In this document: piece by piece, positions 23,825-36,600 of the stretch
Position numbering within the stretch: the stretch's first letter is position 1
How the letters are laid out: the number at the start of each line of letters is the position of its first letter
NCBI GenBank assembly: GCA_054600435.1
Contig: BAAIJX010000011.1
Coordinates: forward strand, 124,001-188,000
Origin: Neophaeotheca triangularis
Taxonomy: Eukaryota
DNA length: 64,000 nt
Direction of reading: 5' to 3'
The notes under the pieces: model-generated
Databases searched by the model: none
Told to the model about the DNA's origin: nothing
The model's input: only the letters and a program-made list of their open reading frames with translations
Position numbers and translations under genes: made by a program

Positions 23825-24507
23825 ATTGACGGTGTTGTGCTGGTTGTCGGTTTGGTTAGTATTGACGTCGCTGTCGCAAACTCGCAAGAGGTTCAAGTTT
23901 TTGCTGCTGGCAAAAGGTGCGAAATTCAAAGCATTAGTGAAAGACTTGGCACTCGGGCCTTCCCGTAGGTGGGGGCTGTTCGGCTGCATCCTCCTCCAAC
24001 CTCACGCGAACCTCGAACCCAGATCGATCAAACGCCAACACGTGAACGATCCTCGTCCATCTCGCTGAAAATCCTTGGGAGAGGTGAGAAGTACGCACTG
24101 CTTTTCGAGGGCTTTACGAGAGCTTGGTGAAATTCAGACAAGAGCAAGAGTCAAAACGTGGAACTGCACATTCAATTCCATCTCGCGAGAGCACGTGAGA
24201 GCGTACTGGAGCGCGTTCCATTAACTTCCATACTTCAGACAAACGCTCAAACGTCAGTATCTGTTGTAGAGTTCTAGATAACTATTGCCGTATCACGGTT
24301 GAAGAACCGAGTGTCTTCAACCTCAACACCAATTTCCTCCTCCGTCCTCTGAGACTAATAAGCACGACCGATCGGCCACGTCGCTTCTTGACTTCGATTT
24401 CGACAGCCCCCCTGAGTGGCCACTCGTCACCTCAACTCGACCTTCCGGAATACCCTAGGTCACAATCCTTCCCCGGGCAACAGCTCAATGATTAGGAAAG
24501 CGCTGCC

Positions 24508-27500
24508 ATGATACTACGAAGCGGAAGTCTTGCCTTGAGTGCTGGCGCTTTGGCGAGCCTGAGCTCTCTCAGCTATGCGGTGCCTTCGATCAACGTAGGC
24601 TTGAGGACCTCGTTTGGATCACCTCCGTACCTAGTTGAACTGCTGTATGTGAAGCCCATAAACGTGCGGTGAAAACACTGCTGACCAATGCTAGGGAAAC
24701 AGCAGCCAGCGAGAACGCCAGCTCCTACTACCCGCTCCTTGACCGCATAGCAGAAGGCTACTTCGACACACTGAGCACCGAAAAAGAGCTGTATACGAAC
24801 TTCAGGACATTGTTGCAACAGGATGGGCACCTCACTAAACCTGAAGATCTTTCGTCGTTCGACTTCGCTCTGTCTATACACTCGACCGCGCCTAGAATCG
24901 AAGCACATTACCAATACTATAACACTTCGGTCGCGCCCTTGGCTGATCGTGAGGCTGGATGTGAGAGCTGGGTGCATATACCAGGCCACAATGAGCGGTA
25001 CTGCCCATCTGATGTGAGCGCATCAGAGGGACAGCATGTCGGAGGGCCAAGCGGGGCTCCGACTAATCTGCCCTTCGATAGAGTATTCGGTGTCGACGAA
25101 GTGGGTACATCGTCGATAGACGGTACTCTTCTTGAGTTCGGACTGACTAGCAGGATCTGGGGAGACGGGCAGGACGCTGTCCTGTATGCGGACATTTTGT
25201 CTCCAAGTTTCAGAAAGCTTCACAATAGGCTGAGTTTGATTGCAAAAAGCGAAAGAGGCTCCTACAGGGTACGATACAAACCATCAGATTCGCATCAGCC
25301 TCAATCTCTGGCTGTCAGCGGATACGGCATCGAACTTGCTCTGAAGCGAACAGACTATATTGTCATTGACGACCGTCAAGCCGATGAGGCGTCTGGAGAG
25401 GACGCCAAGACCGGAGAAGCAACCCTGAGCGAAGAGGAAGTCTCTGATCTACGTCCTTTGACTTCTTCGGAAGCGCTCAGGCTGGCTGTCAAGGCAGGGA
25501 GCTTTGTAATGAGCAGTGACAACCAATTCGATACGTTGCTTCGGCTTACCCAAGATTTTCCAAAGCACTCCAGTGCCATTGCGGCAACCGAAATCAATGA
25601 TAACTTCTTGAGTGAGCTTCACACAAACCGCGGGGATCTACCTCCAGGTGTCAACATACTTTGGATCAACGGCGTGCAGGTCATGGCCCGCGATTTCGAT
25701 GCGTACAACATCCTTGAGCATCTTCGGTGGGAGCGGAAAATGATCAGCTCTGTCCGCGAGCTGGGTTTGAGCGGACCGCAAGCCATTGACTTACTATCCC
25801 ATGAATCCATTACGGCATCTCAGATGGACAACGAGGTTCAAAGATACGACTGGCGTGACGAAGCTGAGGGCGGAAACGTAATACTCTGGCTCAACGACAT
25901 CGAAAAGGATAGCAGGTACTCTGAATGGTCTGACAGCGTGAATGGCCTCCTCGCTCGTACCTATCCAGGGCAGCTGCCTTCTATTCGTAGAAATGTCCAC
26001 GCAATGGTGACCCAGATCGACTTCTCCAGCTACGCGGACGTATCTTTGGTGGTTGAGAATCTGCAGGCCTTCGTGAAAAGGAAGATTCCTATCCGGTTCG
26101 GCCTTGTTCCAAAGCTCAGCCAGGACCCCGCGGCTGCTGAACAAGCTCAAGTGGTCTGGCACCTGATTGACGCCTATGGACTCGGTGCGATGCTTGAGTA
26201 CTTGAAAGAATCTATTGTAGTCGCAGGTAGGAAGTTTGGTGGACCTCAGCAAGGGCCTTTCGAAAAAGTCACAGAAGGGCACAAGCTACGCCAGGACAAG
26301 GTAGCCAAGACTTTTGAAGAAGTCCTCAGCACCAAGATGGAAGACCGAAGGAATGTCGTCCAAGCTTACATGGCACGTCTTGGCTCTGGCGATAAGAAGC
26401 TCCCGACTTTCGTCAACGGTGTCCCAGTTCCTGACTCGGACGACTGGTTGCAGGTCATGAGCCAACGTGTTGGCCTTGATTCCCGCGCTCTACAACAGGC
26501 CGTCTACACCGGAATGATGGACGAAGATTCTCATTTGCCAGATCTCTTCCTTGAGAAAGCACTTCCAAGGCGGAACGCCATGATCATACCCGAAGATGAC
26601 AACGACATCAAGCATCTAGATCTAGGCGAGCTCAACATCTTGAGCGAACTTCCAAGTCGGAAGGCCAGCCAAGATACTATCGAGAGCGAGCTTGTACACT
26701 TGACCGTAGCCGTGGACACTCGCTCGTATGACGGTTTTGAGACATTAATGGAAGCTCTGATGTTTGCGCGGGAACATGACAACGTCGAGGTTGCGCTCTT
26801 ACACGCACCGATTTGGGAACGCGATACGTCTACTTCGCTTCTGTCCATTGAGCGGACCAACGACCACGAAGAACTCAGCTCGCTTCTTGCTCGTTACGAC
26901 GGGAAACGAGAAAATATGGGAGTAACTGGGAACGATCTTGATTCAAGGATACCTGTGTACCATGAGGTCTGGGGCGACCCGTCTTTCCGCGGTGAAATCG
27001 CATTACAAGCACTTGATGACTCTCGATGGCGCTCTTTCAGTTCTGTGGCGCTGGCTGCAGGCTTGACAGCTAGACTGTCTGACAAGCGAAAGGCTCTCAT
27101 CATCAACGGCAGGATCGTTGGCCCAATGCCAGGCGATCAAAAAATTGGTTCGGAAGACCTCGAGTCGCTGCTATCGTATGAGCGAAAACGGCGGCTCCTT
27201 CCGACTTCAATGGCGATCAAGGCATTGAAACTTGAAGACAAGGCTTCGACACCATTTGCCTTTGCGAAGATCTCTAATCTCGTTGCACGATCGATGGTGT
27301 CAGACGTTCCGGAAGGCATCTTTGAGGCGGCGCCGACCGTGCGCACTAGTATCTTCAAGACGTGGAACTCCACCTACACTGCCATCAAGACTGGAGATAT
27401 GGACACTGCAAACATTCAAATCTTCGCTTCCATCGACCCTGCTTCGGAAGTTGCACAGAGATGGATCCCGATACTCAAGGTGCTTTCCGAACTCGAAGGC

Positions 27501-29243
27501 GTGCACACTTCTCTCTTCATGAATCCAAGAGACCGTTTGGATGAGATTCCGGTCAAGCGCTTTTACCGGCACGTGTTGGATTCGAAACCTTCCTTTAATG
27601 CTGATGGTACCCTGCAGTCACAGAAAGCTCACTTCTCAGGTCTTCCCGCGGATGCTCTTTTGAACATGGGCATGGACATGCCTCCCTCATGGCTGGTAGC
27701 GCCTGCTGACAGTATTCACGATCTCGACAACATCAAGCTCAGCGCGGTCAAGTCTGGCACCGACATCGAAGCGACTTACGAGTTAGAACATATCCTCATA
27801 GAGGGCCACTCTCGCGACGTTACAATAGGTCCTCCGCCTCGTGGCGCTCAACTTGTCCTCGGCACAGAGCATGATCCTCATGTTGCTGACACCATTGTCA
27901 TGGCCAATCTGGGGTATTTCCAATTCAAAGCTAACCCCGGCATCTACAACTTGACCTTGCAACAAGGCCGCACCCAGGAAATCTTCAACATCGACAGTGC
28001 TAGCACCAGCTACGTCGCAGCGACTGGTGATGAGAGTACACAAATAGCTTTGATGAGCTTCCGCGGAACAACACTTTACCCTCGACTGTCGCGTAAGCCT
28101 GGTATGGAGGAGGAAGACGTGCTGGAAGCAACCAAGTCTGCCGTCGAAGGCTTGGCCGACAAAGCTGATGGGATGTTGACGCGTGCAGGTCTGCCCAAGC
28201 TGAACGCTGGTAACTACCTGTCAAAGGCCGCCAACTTCTTCTCGTCAGGCAACCTCAAAGCAGCTGGAGAGAAGCACGCGGACATCAATATCTTTTCGGT
28301 CGCATCTGGGCACCTCTACGAGCGCATGTTAAACATCATGATGGTATCGGTCATGAAGCACACAGAGCACACCGTCAAGTTCTGGTTCATTGAACAGTTT
28401 CTGTCGCCTTCGTTCAAGGCGTTCCTTCCCGTTATGGCAGAGGAATACGGGTTCAAATACGAGATGGTGACCTATAAGTGGCCTCACTGGCTACGATCTC
28501 AAAAGGAGAAGCAGCGTGAGATCTGGGGATACAAGATACTGTTCCTTGACGTCTTATTCCCTCTCGACCTAGACAAGGTCATCTTCGTCGACGCGGACCA
28601 GATTGTTCGGACCGATATGTATGAGCTGGTACAGCATGATCTTGAAGGCGCGCCCTACGGCTTCACACCCATGGGCGACTCTCGAACAGAAATGGAAGGC
28701 TTCCGTTTCTGGAAGCAGGGCTACTGGAAGAACTTTCTCCGCGGCCGACCCTACCATATCAGCGCCCTTTACGTAGTCGACTTGAAGCGATTCCGACAAA
28801 TCGCAGCTGGCGACCGACTCCGCCAGCAGTACCACACCCTCTCCTCAGACCCCGCGAGTTTGAGCAACTTGGATCAAGATTTGCCCAACCACATGCAAGC
28901 CATGCTGCCGATCCACAGCTTGCCACAGGACTGGCTATGGTGCGAGACATGGTGTTCGGACGAGGACCTCAAGACTGCCAAGACGATTGATCTGTGCAAT
29001 AACCCGCAGACCAAAGAGCCAAAGCTCGATCGCGCTAGGAGGCAGGTTCCCGAGTGGACTTTGTACGATGATGAGATTGCGGCTGTTGCGAAGAGATATG
29101 GGGCTGCGCAAGGCAAGGGTAAGCCTGTTGCGGGGAATGCTGGAGATGCGGGTGCGCAGGGCGAGGAGGAGAGTATACAGGAGCGCTTGCAGCGGGAGGA
29201 TGCTGAGAGGGAGGCAAAGAATAGAGTTCGGGATGAATTGTAG
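24508..29243 (+). CDS. UGGT: UDP-glucose:glycoprotein glucosyltransferase (UGGT, Kre5/Gpt1 family, GT24); intron 24645-24694
   Basis: Signal peptide, PPYLVELL|ETAA, SGYGIELALKRTDY, INIFSVASGHLYER, IFVDADQIVR, NLDQDLPN, and C-terminal ER-retrieval RDEL. Confidence 0.97.
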
Positions 29244-30191
29244 GATAGATAGGAATACGAGTCGCCGATGGTGGGTGGTCTTGAAGTTGCAACCGTTTCC
29301 TTCCCTCATGATACACTTTAGAGCTCGCCGTATCGGTAGGTATGCTGAATGTCATAATAGCGTTGCCGTATTCACGAGGCATCAGCGCTATTAATTATAA
29401 ACGCATGATTGACAGCGAGGAAGCTCCCCAAGACCACTACTAGCCCCTCGACCCTCCACACCCGTAAAGCACCTAGGAAGCTTGACCTCTTGTGGCTCGG
29501 CCAGAACACTCCCGTACAACAACACATCCGTCGAACATGACCCTTCTCTTGGCCCAGTACGACGACAAGAAAGTCACTGTCACTTGCGAAACGGGATCAA
29601 CAGCTCACCGTCCGTTGGGTGAAACCTGGCACCGAACATAGGATAGTCTTCTTCTAAGGAAGTGCCTGACTTCCCCATTCCTCAGGTAGCTCAACCACCA
29701 GGTCATTCGCGCAACGCTATACCACGCTTTATTGTACAACACGAGTAGCCGAGCTTGCTGTGTACGAGCGTCTGCAGTGCGTCAGCTTACAGCGCCTTCC
29801 AAGCTTGTCATGAGGCTTGCTCGTGATTGACGTTGTTTGGTTAGGTACCTACCCTAGGTTAAGGTAAGGTAGTGCTCTTTCGGGCTTGGGGCGTGACTTC
29901 CTGATCCTGACTTCGCCAAGGGTTGCATTGCATCGTGCCTGCCTCTTGGGTGAGTTTTGGTAAAGCCAAGGTAAGTCAGGTACGGGGGACGAAGCTGCCG
30001 TTCAGGTACAGTAGGTGGGTGAGTATAAGTATGTAAGTATTGCTGCTGCTTTGCTCTCTTTCCATTCTTCTTATCTTCTTCAAACAACCACCCACTACCT
30101 CTACGTCTTCATCTTCAGGGTAGCAAGGAACTCGCCCAATACGAGCCGGCGACACTCTTCCTTTCAAACCAACTCCAACCGACCACCGAAA

Positions 30192-30755
30192 ATGAAGCTC
30201 ATCCTCGCCACTTTCGCCGCTCTGGCTACAACCATCGCCGCCGACCCCTTCGGCCTCATCGCCGCCCGTTCCGCCTCACCAATCCACCTCCGTCCCATCG
30301 AAGCAAGCGGCAAAAACCTCTACATCGGCCGCCAAACCGCCACCTACTGCCCAGAATTCGTCAAGCGCGCTGACGGCTGCCCGAACAAAACCCCTGCCGA
30401 AATCTCGACCCTCTTCACCGGCGGCTGCGGCTCCTTGTCCATGTCCGTAGTCGTACCTGGCGGCCAGCAAGTCTACATCGACCCTGCTACGGGTGCTGTG
30501 GGCTATACGACAGCGCACTCGGCTGCTATGCCACCCGACGCTGTCATTACTGGGTGGCAGAAGGAGGAGGGGGAGCAGTTTGCGTACTTGAGGCATGAGG
30601 ATGGCTTGCTCGCTTGTCCGGTTAGCAGGCAGGAGGGTGTTTATCAGATTTTTGTTCAGCTCGAGGGCTTGTCTTTCCCGGCGACTTGCTTGGGGTTCAG
30701 CGCTCTGGCGCCCAATAGCACTACCAAGTCTGTTGGCGCATGGCAGTACATTTGA
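30192..30755 (+). CDS. Small secreted or cell-wall protein (IgE-binding protein/PhiA-like family)
   Basis: Signal peptide MKLILATFAALATTIAA; motifs ARSASPIH, ATYCP, VPGGQQVYIDP, GYTTAHSA, LACP and terminal AWQY. Confidence 0.8.
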   Translation: MKLILATFAALATTIAADPFGLIAARSASPIHLRPIEASGKNLYIGRQTATYCPEFVKRADGCPNKTPAEISTLFTGGCGSLSMSVVVPGGQQVYIDPATGAVGYTTAHSAAMPPDAVITGWQKEEGEQFAYLRHEDGLLACPVSRQEGVYQIFVQLEGLSFPATCLGFSALAPNSTTKSVGAWQYI

Positions 30756-31014
30756 GTTTCCGGCTCGAGAGGGAGAGTGAAATGACGGATTGTTTGACCG
30801 AGGTGCTTGCTTTTGTGGCGACTTTCAAGCCTTTGCGCTTCGAGACCTTTGCTATTAGCGTCGAGTTGTGCGCACGTACGCGTTAGACCGTTAGCCAACA
30901 CAATGATATCTTTGCAAGCCTCTTAACCCAGGGTATCTCGTCTTTTCATCAAATCAGACATGAAAACGCCGCAAACGCCATCCCTGATGAAGCCAACCCA
31001 TTTCAAGACTCGTA

Positions 31015-31924
31015 TCACTTCCCCTCCTCCACAAACTCCACAGCCTTCCTCGCCCTCCGCATCTTCCTCACCGTCCCTTCACCCCCCTCCTCCAGCTCTC
31101 TCAACCTCTTCGCCCCACCCTCATAACTCGCCCTAACCTCATCCAACCTCTCCACGCGCCCAACATCCACCTCAACCGCGCCCGCCTCCTCCAACCCCAG
31201 CTCCTCCCTCTCCCTCAAAACCCTCTCATCCTCAGCTTCCCGCCCCCTAACCGCCGTCTCGAACTTCCCCGCCGTCTCCGCAGGCGCCGTGCGCCGCAAA
31301 TTCGCAAGCTGCAGCGTCTGCGCCTCAATCTGCGCCGAAAGCGACTGAATGCGCTGCGCGAGCTTGGCATCAAAAGTTTCGATTTCTGCGCCGAGTTTTG
31401 TGTCGAGTCAGTCATCACCGCTAGAAAAACGCCAACGGGGCAAAAGAAAGATCAGAGCCGCACCTTCGCCCTGCTGAGCCTTATCGAGCTCCGCTTCCAA
31501 TTCGCGAGCGTCCATGCCGTTGATGGCGATGCTGTCTTTGGCCGCGGCGAAAGTGTCGTGGATGTACTAGCGCAGCCGGACACATTAGTTCCGGTGCATT
31601 CCCGCATCCTCGCGCTGCTGAAGAGAACGAAGCAGCCCCTTTCCGCCCCAAACTCACCTCTTCTACCAGCCCCCTTACCCGCTTCCTCATCTCGTCCTCC
31701 TCGACGCCTTCTCCCCCGGCTTTCCCACTTTCATCGCTCTGCTTCTCTTTTTGAGCAACGGCGTCGGGCGGTAAATGCTTATCCAGCTTCTCTTCCGCGG
31801 TCCGCGAGACTTTGGCGATCAAGTAGGTTAAATCTGCGGGTGCTTGGAGTTCGATTTTGCGATGGGCGGTTTCGGTCGCTCGGGCGCCCTGTTGAGCCGG
31901 GGCGTTGGTATCGAAGATGGACAT
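31015..31924 (-). CDS. NSL1: Kinetochore Mis12-complex subunit Nsl1/Mis14-like; introns 31567-31657 and 31386-31463
   Basis: HRKIELQAPADLTYL, LDKHLPP, spliced YIHDTF...SIAING and EIETFDAKL, coiled-coil C-terminus. Confidence 0.78.
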
Positions 31925-32490
31925 GTTTGGTTTTCCTGTGGAAGCGTAATGCTGGGGTTGTTGGCTGATTTGAATCAGGGAGGTGTTTTTGGCGCGTAAA
32001 CATTGGGAGGGCGACGCGAGCTGGAGCTTTATCGCCGTCTTATCTGCGTTATCGCAGCTTTATCTCTTGCCGAGGTTTGGGATCGTGTGAAGTTGCTATG
32101 CATACCTACTTACCGTCATACGAAAGTAGAAGATGAGAGATTCCAGGTTTGTACTTGTTGAGATGGACTAGTCTTGGGTCTGAGTAACGGAGGGAGGTCG
32201 TGGCAATTAGATCGTAGTATCTTTAATAAAAGCGAACTCATGACCCCGTCTTCTTGAGCTCCGAATCCACTCAAACTAGTTGATCATCATATAGCTGGAG
32301 CTGTTACCGTATGCTTCCCAACCCCGTTGTATTAGGTAGACCGATACACTGGTCCAAAAATAAAAACACCGAGCCAGTTATTACCTTTGAAACCGCCAAA
32401 GCAAATCAAACTTCGCTCCACTGTGCGCCAATCTCAAGAGCAATCCCATCATAAATCCGTTAAGAAATCAACATCATATCACAACCCCCT

Positions 32491-33070
32491 TCACCGCGGT
32501 AGAAGTCCATCCGCCTCCTCATCCGTCAAAACAATATCCTCAACCGGATCCATCTTACGCTCCAAATTCTGGCCCTCATAATCCACATACGACGGCAGGA
32601 ACAGCTCTGTCCACGACACAAAACCAGTCAGCAAAACCTCCCGTCCCCTCTCTCATCATCACTTCCAGTCCCACGTAGTTGGGAAACGAAAACTCACCCT
32701 GATTCCAATCAAACCCCTGCCCGGCCTTCACGCACGTCACCAACCGCGGTGCCCGTCCGCCCTCGCAATCCCCTAGATTGACGACCGTGTACTCGCTCTT
32801 GCCCAGCGAGCGGCCTAGTAGGCTTCGCCGGCGCTCGTGGTTTGTGGCTGGCGAGGGGGGCGGCAGGTCGTCGGTCACGGGTGCTTTGCCTTGGGCTTTG
32901 GCGGAGGGGGTGTGCGGAGGGTTGGTTGTGCGGTTGTGGTTGTGGGAGGGGCTTTGGGGTAGAGAGGTTGAGGAGGCCGAGGACGAGACGGAGGAGTTGG
33001 ATGGGTAGCTCGAGGCTGCGGCGGCACGGGCGGGTTGCTTGCGTTTGGGGATGGGCATTGAGGAGGTCAT
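32491..33070 (-). CDS. Small hypothetical protein; intron 32607-32697
   Basis: Ser-rich N-terminus, HERRRSLLG, spliced GFDWNQ|ELFLPSY...DPVEDIVLTDEEA. Intron GTGAGT...GCTGAC...CAG. Confidence 0.75.
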
Positions 33071-33678
33071 GGTTTGGAGATTGGGGGAGGGGGTTAGCTG
33101 GGAGTGGTTTTGGTCTGTCCGAGAGGGACGTGGGTGTATGATGTTGTATTCGGAGGTAGGTGTGGCTTCTGTGGTGATACTATGAAGTGATGTTGAGATC
33201 TGTAGTGAGTGTGCTGTTGAAGAAAGGAGAACAAGACGACCAGGAAGAGTATAATCGTCGCGCTACCTGTGACTCGAAGGCTGAGGTGTACCAGACCGGT
33301 GGAGAGGTACCCTAGGGAGACCCTGATAGGCAGTACCTTGTGCACGATAACAGGCAGCACGTGGCCAGGCGGGGTTGCCTACCTTGGTATATGATTGCCA
33401 GCCACTTTCTTCACATGAAACAATCTGTGCGACGCTCTACATAAACGAACCAAGCTATGTATCTGTATTAGATATATGCATTTACTTCTATCAAGCCTGC
33501 AAACGCTCAAATGTAATGTCAATGCAAGAACAGGCAAGTCCAAGATTCAAGCGACCGACCGCTTCAACGCCTCCGCTAACATGCACACCATTGTACTCCA
33601 ATCGCAATGCCTCGTCCAAATCACACGTCGCTAAGTCATATAACCCAACGCCGAAATTGTAAACGCATCGCGCAGGCT

Positions 33679-36600
33679 CTACTGCTCCAGCTTCTTACTC
33701 ATCTCCGTAATACTCTTATCGTCCAGCGCAGCCAGCCAAAGGCACCTCGATAGCGCCTCAGGGTGTGCGTGGAGCACGTACTTCGAGCTGGCCTCTAACA
33801 TCCGAAGCAAGCTCTTGACAATCGTGGCAGCCATCTGGTACCGCTCAAAATTGACAAGAGGTTCTCCTCCCGGGGGCGACGCATCGATCTGCGCGGGCTT
33901 TTGCGCATTGTAGACCAAGTCATGCGTGTACAGCCCGATGAAGGGGATGCACCCTTGGTCTGTGGCATCCGATTCCATCTCCGCTCTTAGGTTGTGGAAG
34001 TTGCGCAGCGGTTGGCAGAGGCTCTCGAGCTTGGAGAGCATTTGCTTTTCCGCTTGCGGCACCTTGACCCAAGTCTTGGTTAGTCGTGAAAGATCGGAGG
34101 AGACTAGTGCGAGTACGATCTGGTACGTCGAGGCGTAGTTGCGCAGGCGATGGCAGTGGGCGGCGATGTGTATGAATTTGACAATGCATCCCACTCTCTC
34201 GTTGATGGCTTGGGTTAGCACGCACTCAGAGACGACCCATTTGACAACAAGGTTGAAACGGGCAATGACTATGTCGATGCCGCTGGGCTCCTCGCTTTCG
34301 AGGTATTCGATCCAGTTGCTTGCTTTTGGTGCTTTCTGCTGCCACCGTAGGCCTATCAGGTCCTGCCACGCAATCTCGTCGAGCGCATCCTTCTCGATGA
34401 TGGTCAACTGTTCTGCAATGACGTCGGTCTCGAAGGCGAGGACGAAAGGCAGGTGTGCGGATACATCGTCCAAGGCACTGGTCTCTGCTCGCTTCAGCTC
34501 TGGTGTTGGCAGCATGTCATCTTGTTTCTTCCTAGTAGATGTTAGGATATTCGGCGTGTTGAGTGCATCCCTCAGGGCGGACCCGGGGCGTGCTTCTGAC
34601 ACTTCGTCTCTGTTTGATATGCCTGGTAAGTGCTGGAACGAAGCGCCCATGTTCGATTGCGGCGTCAAATGGGCATGGCTCCGCGAGCCTGCGGCCGGCT
34701 CATCAGGGACGGTATCATCAAAGAAGAAGCTACGGACACCGAGGCCTTCGTCTGGTGGGTCCCCGATGTCAGTCGAGATATCACTCAAGCTTTCATTGTC
34801 ATCCAGCAGAAAGGATCCGTGAGGCGTCGAGGCTCTAGCAACGCTCTCAGGCTTCGCCTGACTATTCTTCTCGGTGGGCTGCCGAGAATCATGCGTCTCT
34901 TTGGTAAAAGCCACACCTTTGGTGTCGTGGGTCGTCGTCCCTTCCTGGACTTGAAGAGCAGTTTTCAGTGATCTATTTGGCAGTGGCGGTGCGTCTGTAT
35001 CTTGTGCGCTCGATGCTACAAGGGGGGCGTTTGATGCAGCAAGAGAGGGTTCCTTCGTGTCCATAGAAAATCCATCAGATTCGGAGAGCCGGTAAATGCT
35101 AGCACCCATCGTCTCGGTCCCTCGACTAGGTAGCTCCGGCGGCCTATGCTGATCTTCCTCCGGTTGCTCCACGGTAGTTTTAGGCTCTGTTGCAGAGCGA
35201 GCAGCCTCGGCGGTCCGATTGAGTAAGTCGGTTGCGCTCCTCGAAGTACGCGCATAGGTCCCCTCGAGTTTGCTCAAAGCATCCTCGATACCACCGTCCA
35301 AGCTCCTGTCCAGCTCTGCCAACCTGTTCGCTTCAGATTCAAACGAAGGTCTCATGTGAGGCTGAGAAGCACGTGGCTCGAGCAGCTCCACAGAGTCTCC
35401 GTGCTTGCTTGGTCCAGGTCGATGCGAAAGCTTCGATGCAAGACCTCGAGTGAAATGGGTACCAGAGAGCTCGCTGGAGTAAACACCAGAGTGGCTGTAT
35501 GACCTGGAAGCGGTCAATGAGGATCGATCCGTGTTCGGTCGTTGAATAGGCTCAAGCTCGTGGACGTGGTCATATGCCTTCAGATCCCCGGCGGGACGCC
35601 GCCGCAGCTGGTGGCCATGTGGAGGCAGTTCAAACCCAGCGGGTTGCGCACTCGATGACTTGCGAGCTTGTGATATGGGAGTTTGCTGAGCATCGCCCTC
35701 GTCACGCCAGCTATACGCCGCGGTTAGATAGTCAGACCCCAAGTTCTCCAGAAATCTAGGTGGATAGAAATCTCGGCTCTGAGTTCCTTGGGGAACGTCG
35801 GTATATGTACTACCAGCACCGCGTAGAGGCATCGCTCGAGTCCCTTCAAAGCCCGCAGCAGGTATTGGAGGCATGGACTTTACACCATTTGACCAAGAAC
35901 TTACTGAAGGTATCCTGCTGTGGCCCAGTCCAATAGGAATCTCTGGTGGCTTGGTGCCGTCTACTATTACGATTGACCGGCTACCTGTAGTCAGGTGGCT
36001 GTCAAGACGAGATATTTTCGGCGGCCTGCTAAATCTTCCATCCTGAAGTTGGTCAAAGTCGGGTTGGTCTTGAGCGTGTGTGTCTTGCTGGCCAAGCGGC
36101 GAAGAAGGCTCAGGTAGAAGCACGTTAGCGTAAGCAGCCTTGTACGACTGTTCGATCAATGAGCCCAGGACATCAGGACGTGGCGGCCCTCGCGCCTGTT
36201 GCCACGAAGAAGCTGTGGGCTGCATTTCTGCCGGACCATAAATGCCCGAGTCAGACGAGTTCCCCGACCTTTGGCTGTTCGCCGCACACTCGGCACCGCC
36301 CTTTCTGCTGCTTAGCGCTCGACGGACGTCCCCGACTATACGCTTGACTCCAAGATGCTGCTGTGACGGATGATTTTGAGCACCGATCTCATTGACGTTG
36401 GGATGGCTAGCGGACTTTGCTTCAATGCTCGGGCTAATTGGCACTAACATGTTGACTGTTGGTGGAGAAGGCTCTAGCAGGAGCCCTCGCAACAGCCCGC
36501 CAGAGAAGGTCATTGTTGCTAAGGACTGGACATCAGGGTTGTCAGCTTTGGCGGTAGATGGTAGTGGGGCGCGCTCGTCGCGCAGCGCATCTGAGAAGCT

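Noticed and set aside
25082..25153. Intron-like stretch in UGGT (GACTGAC, TAGCAG)
   Set aside because: I found no plausible frame-preserving GT-AG pair and the ORF reads through, so I treat it as coding.
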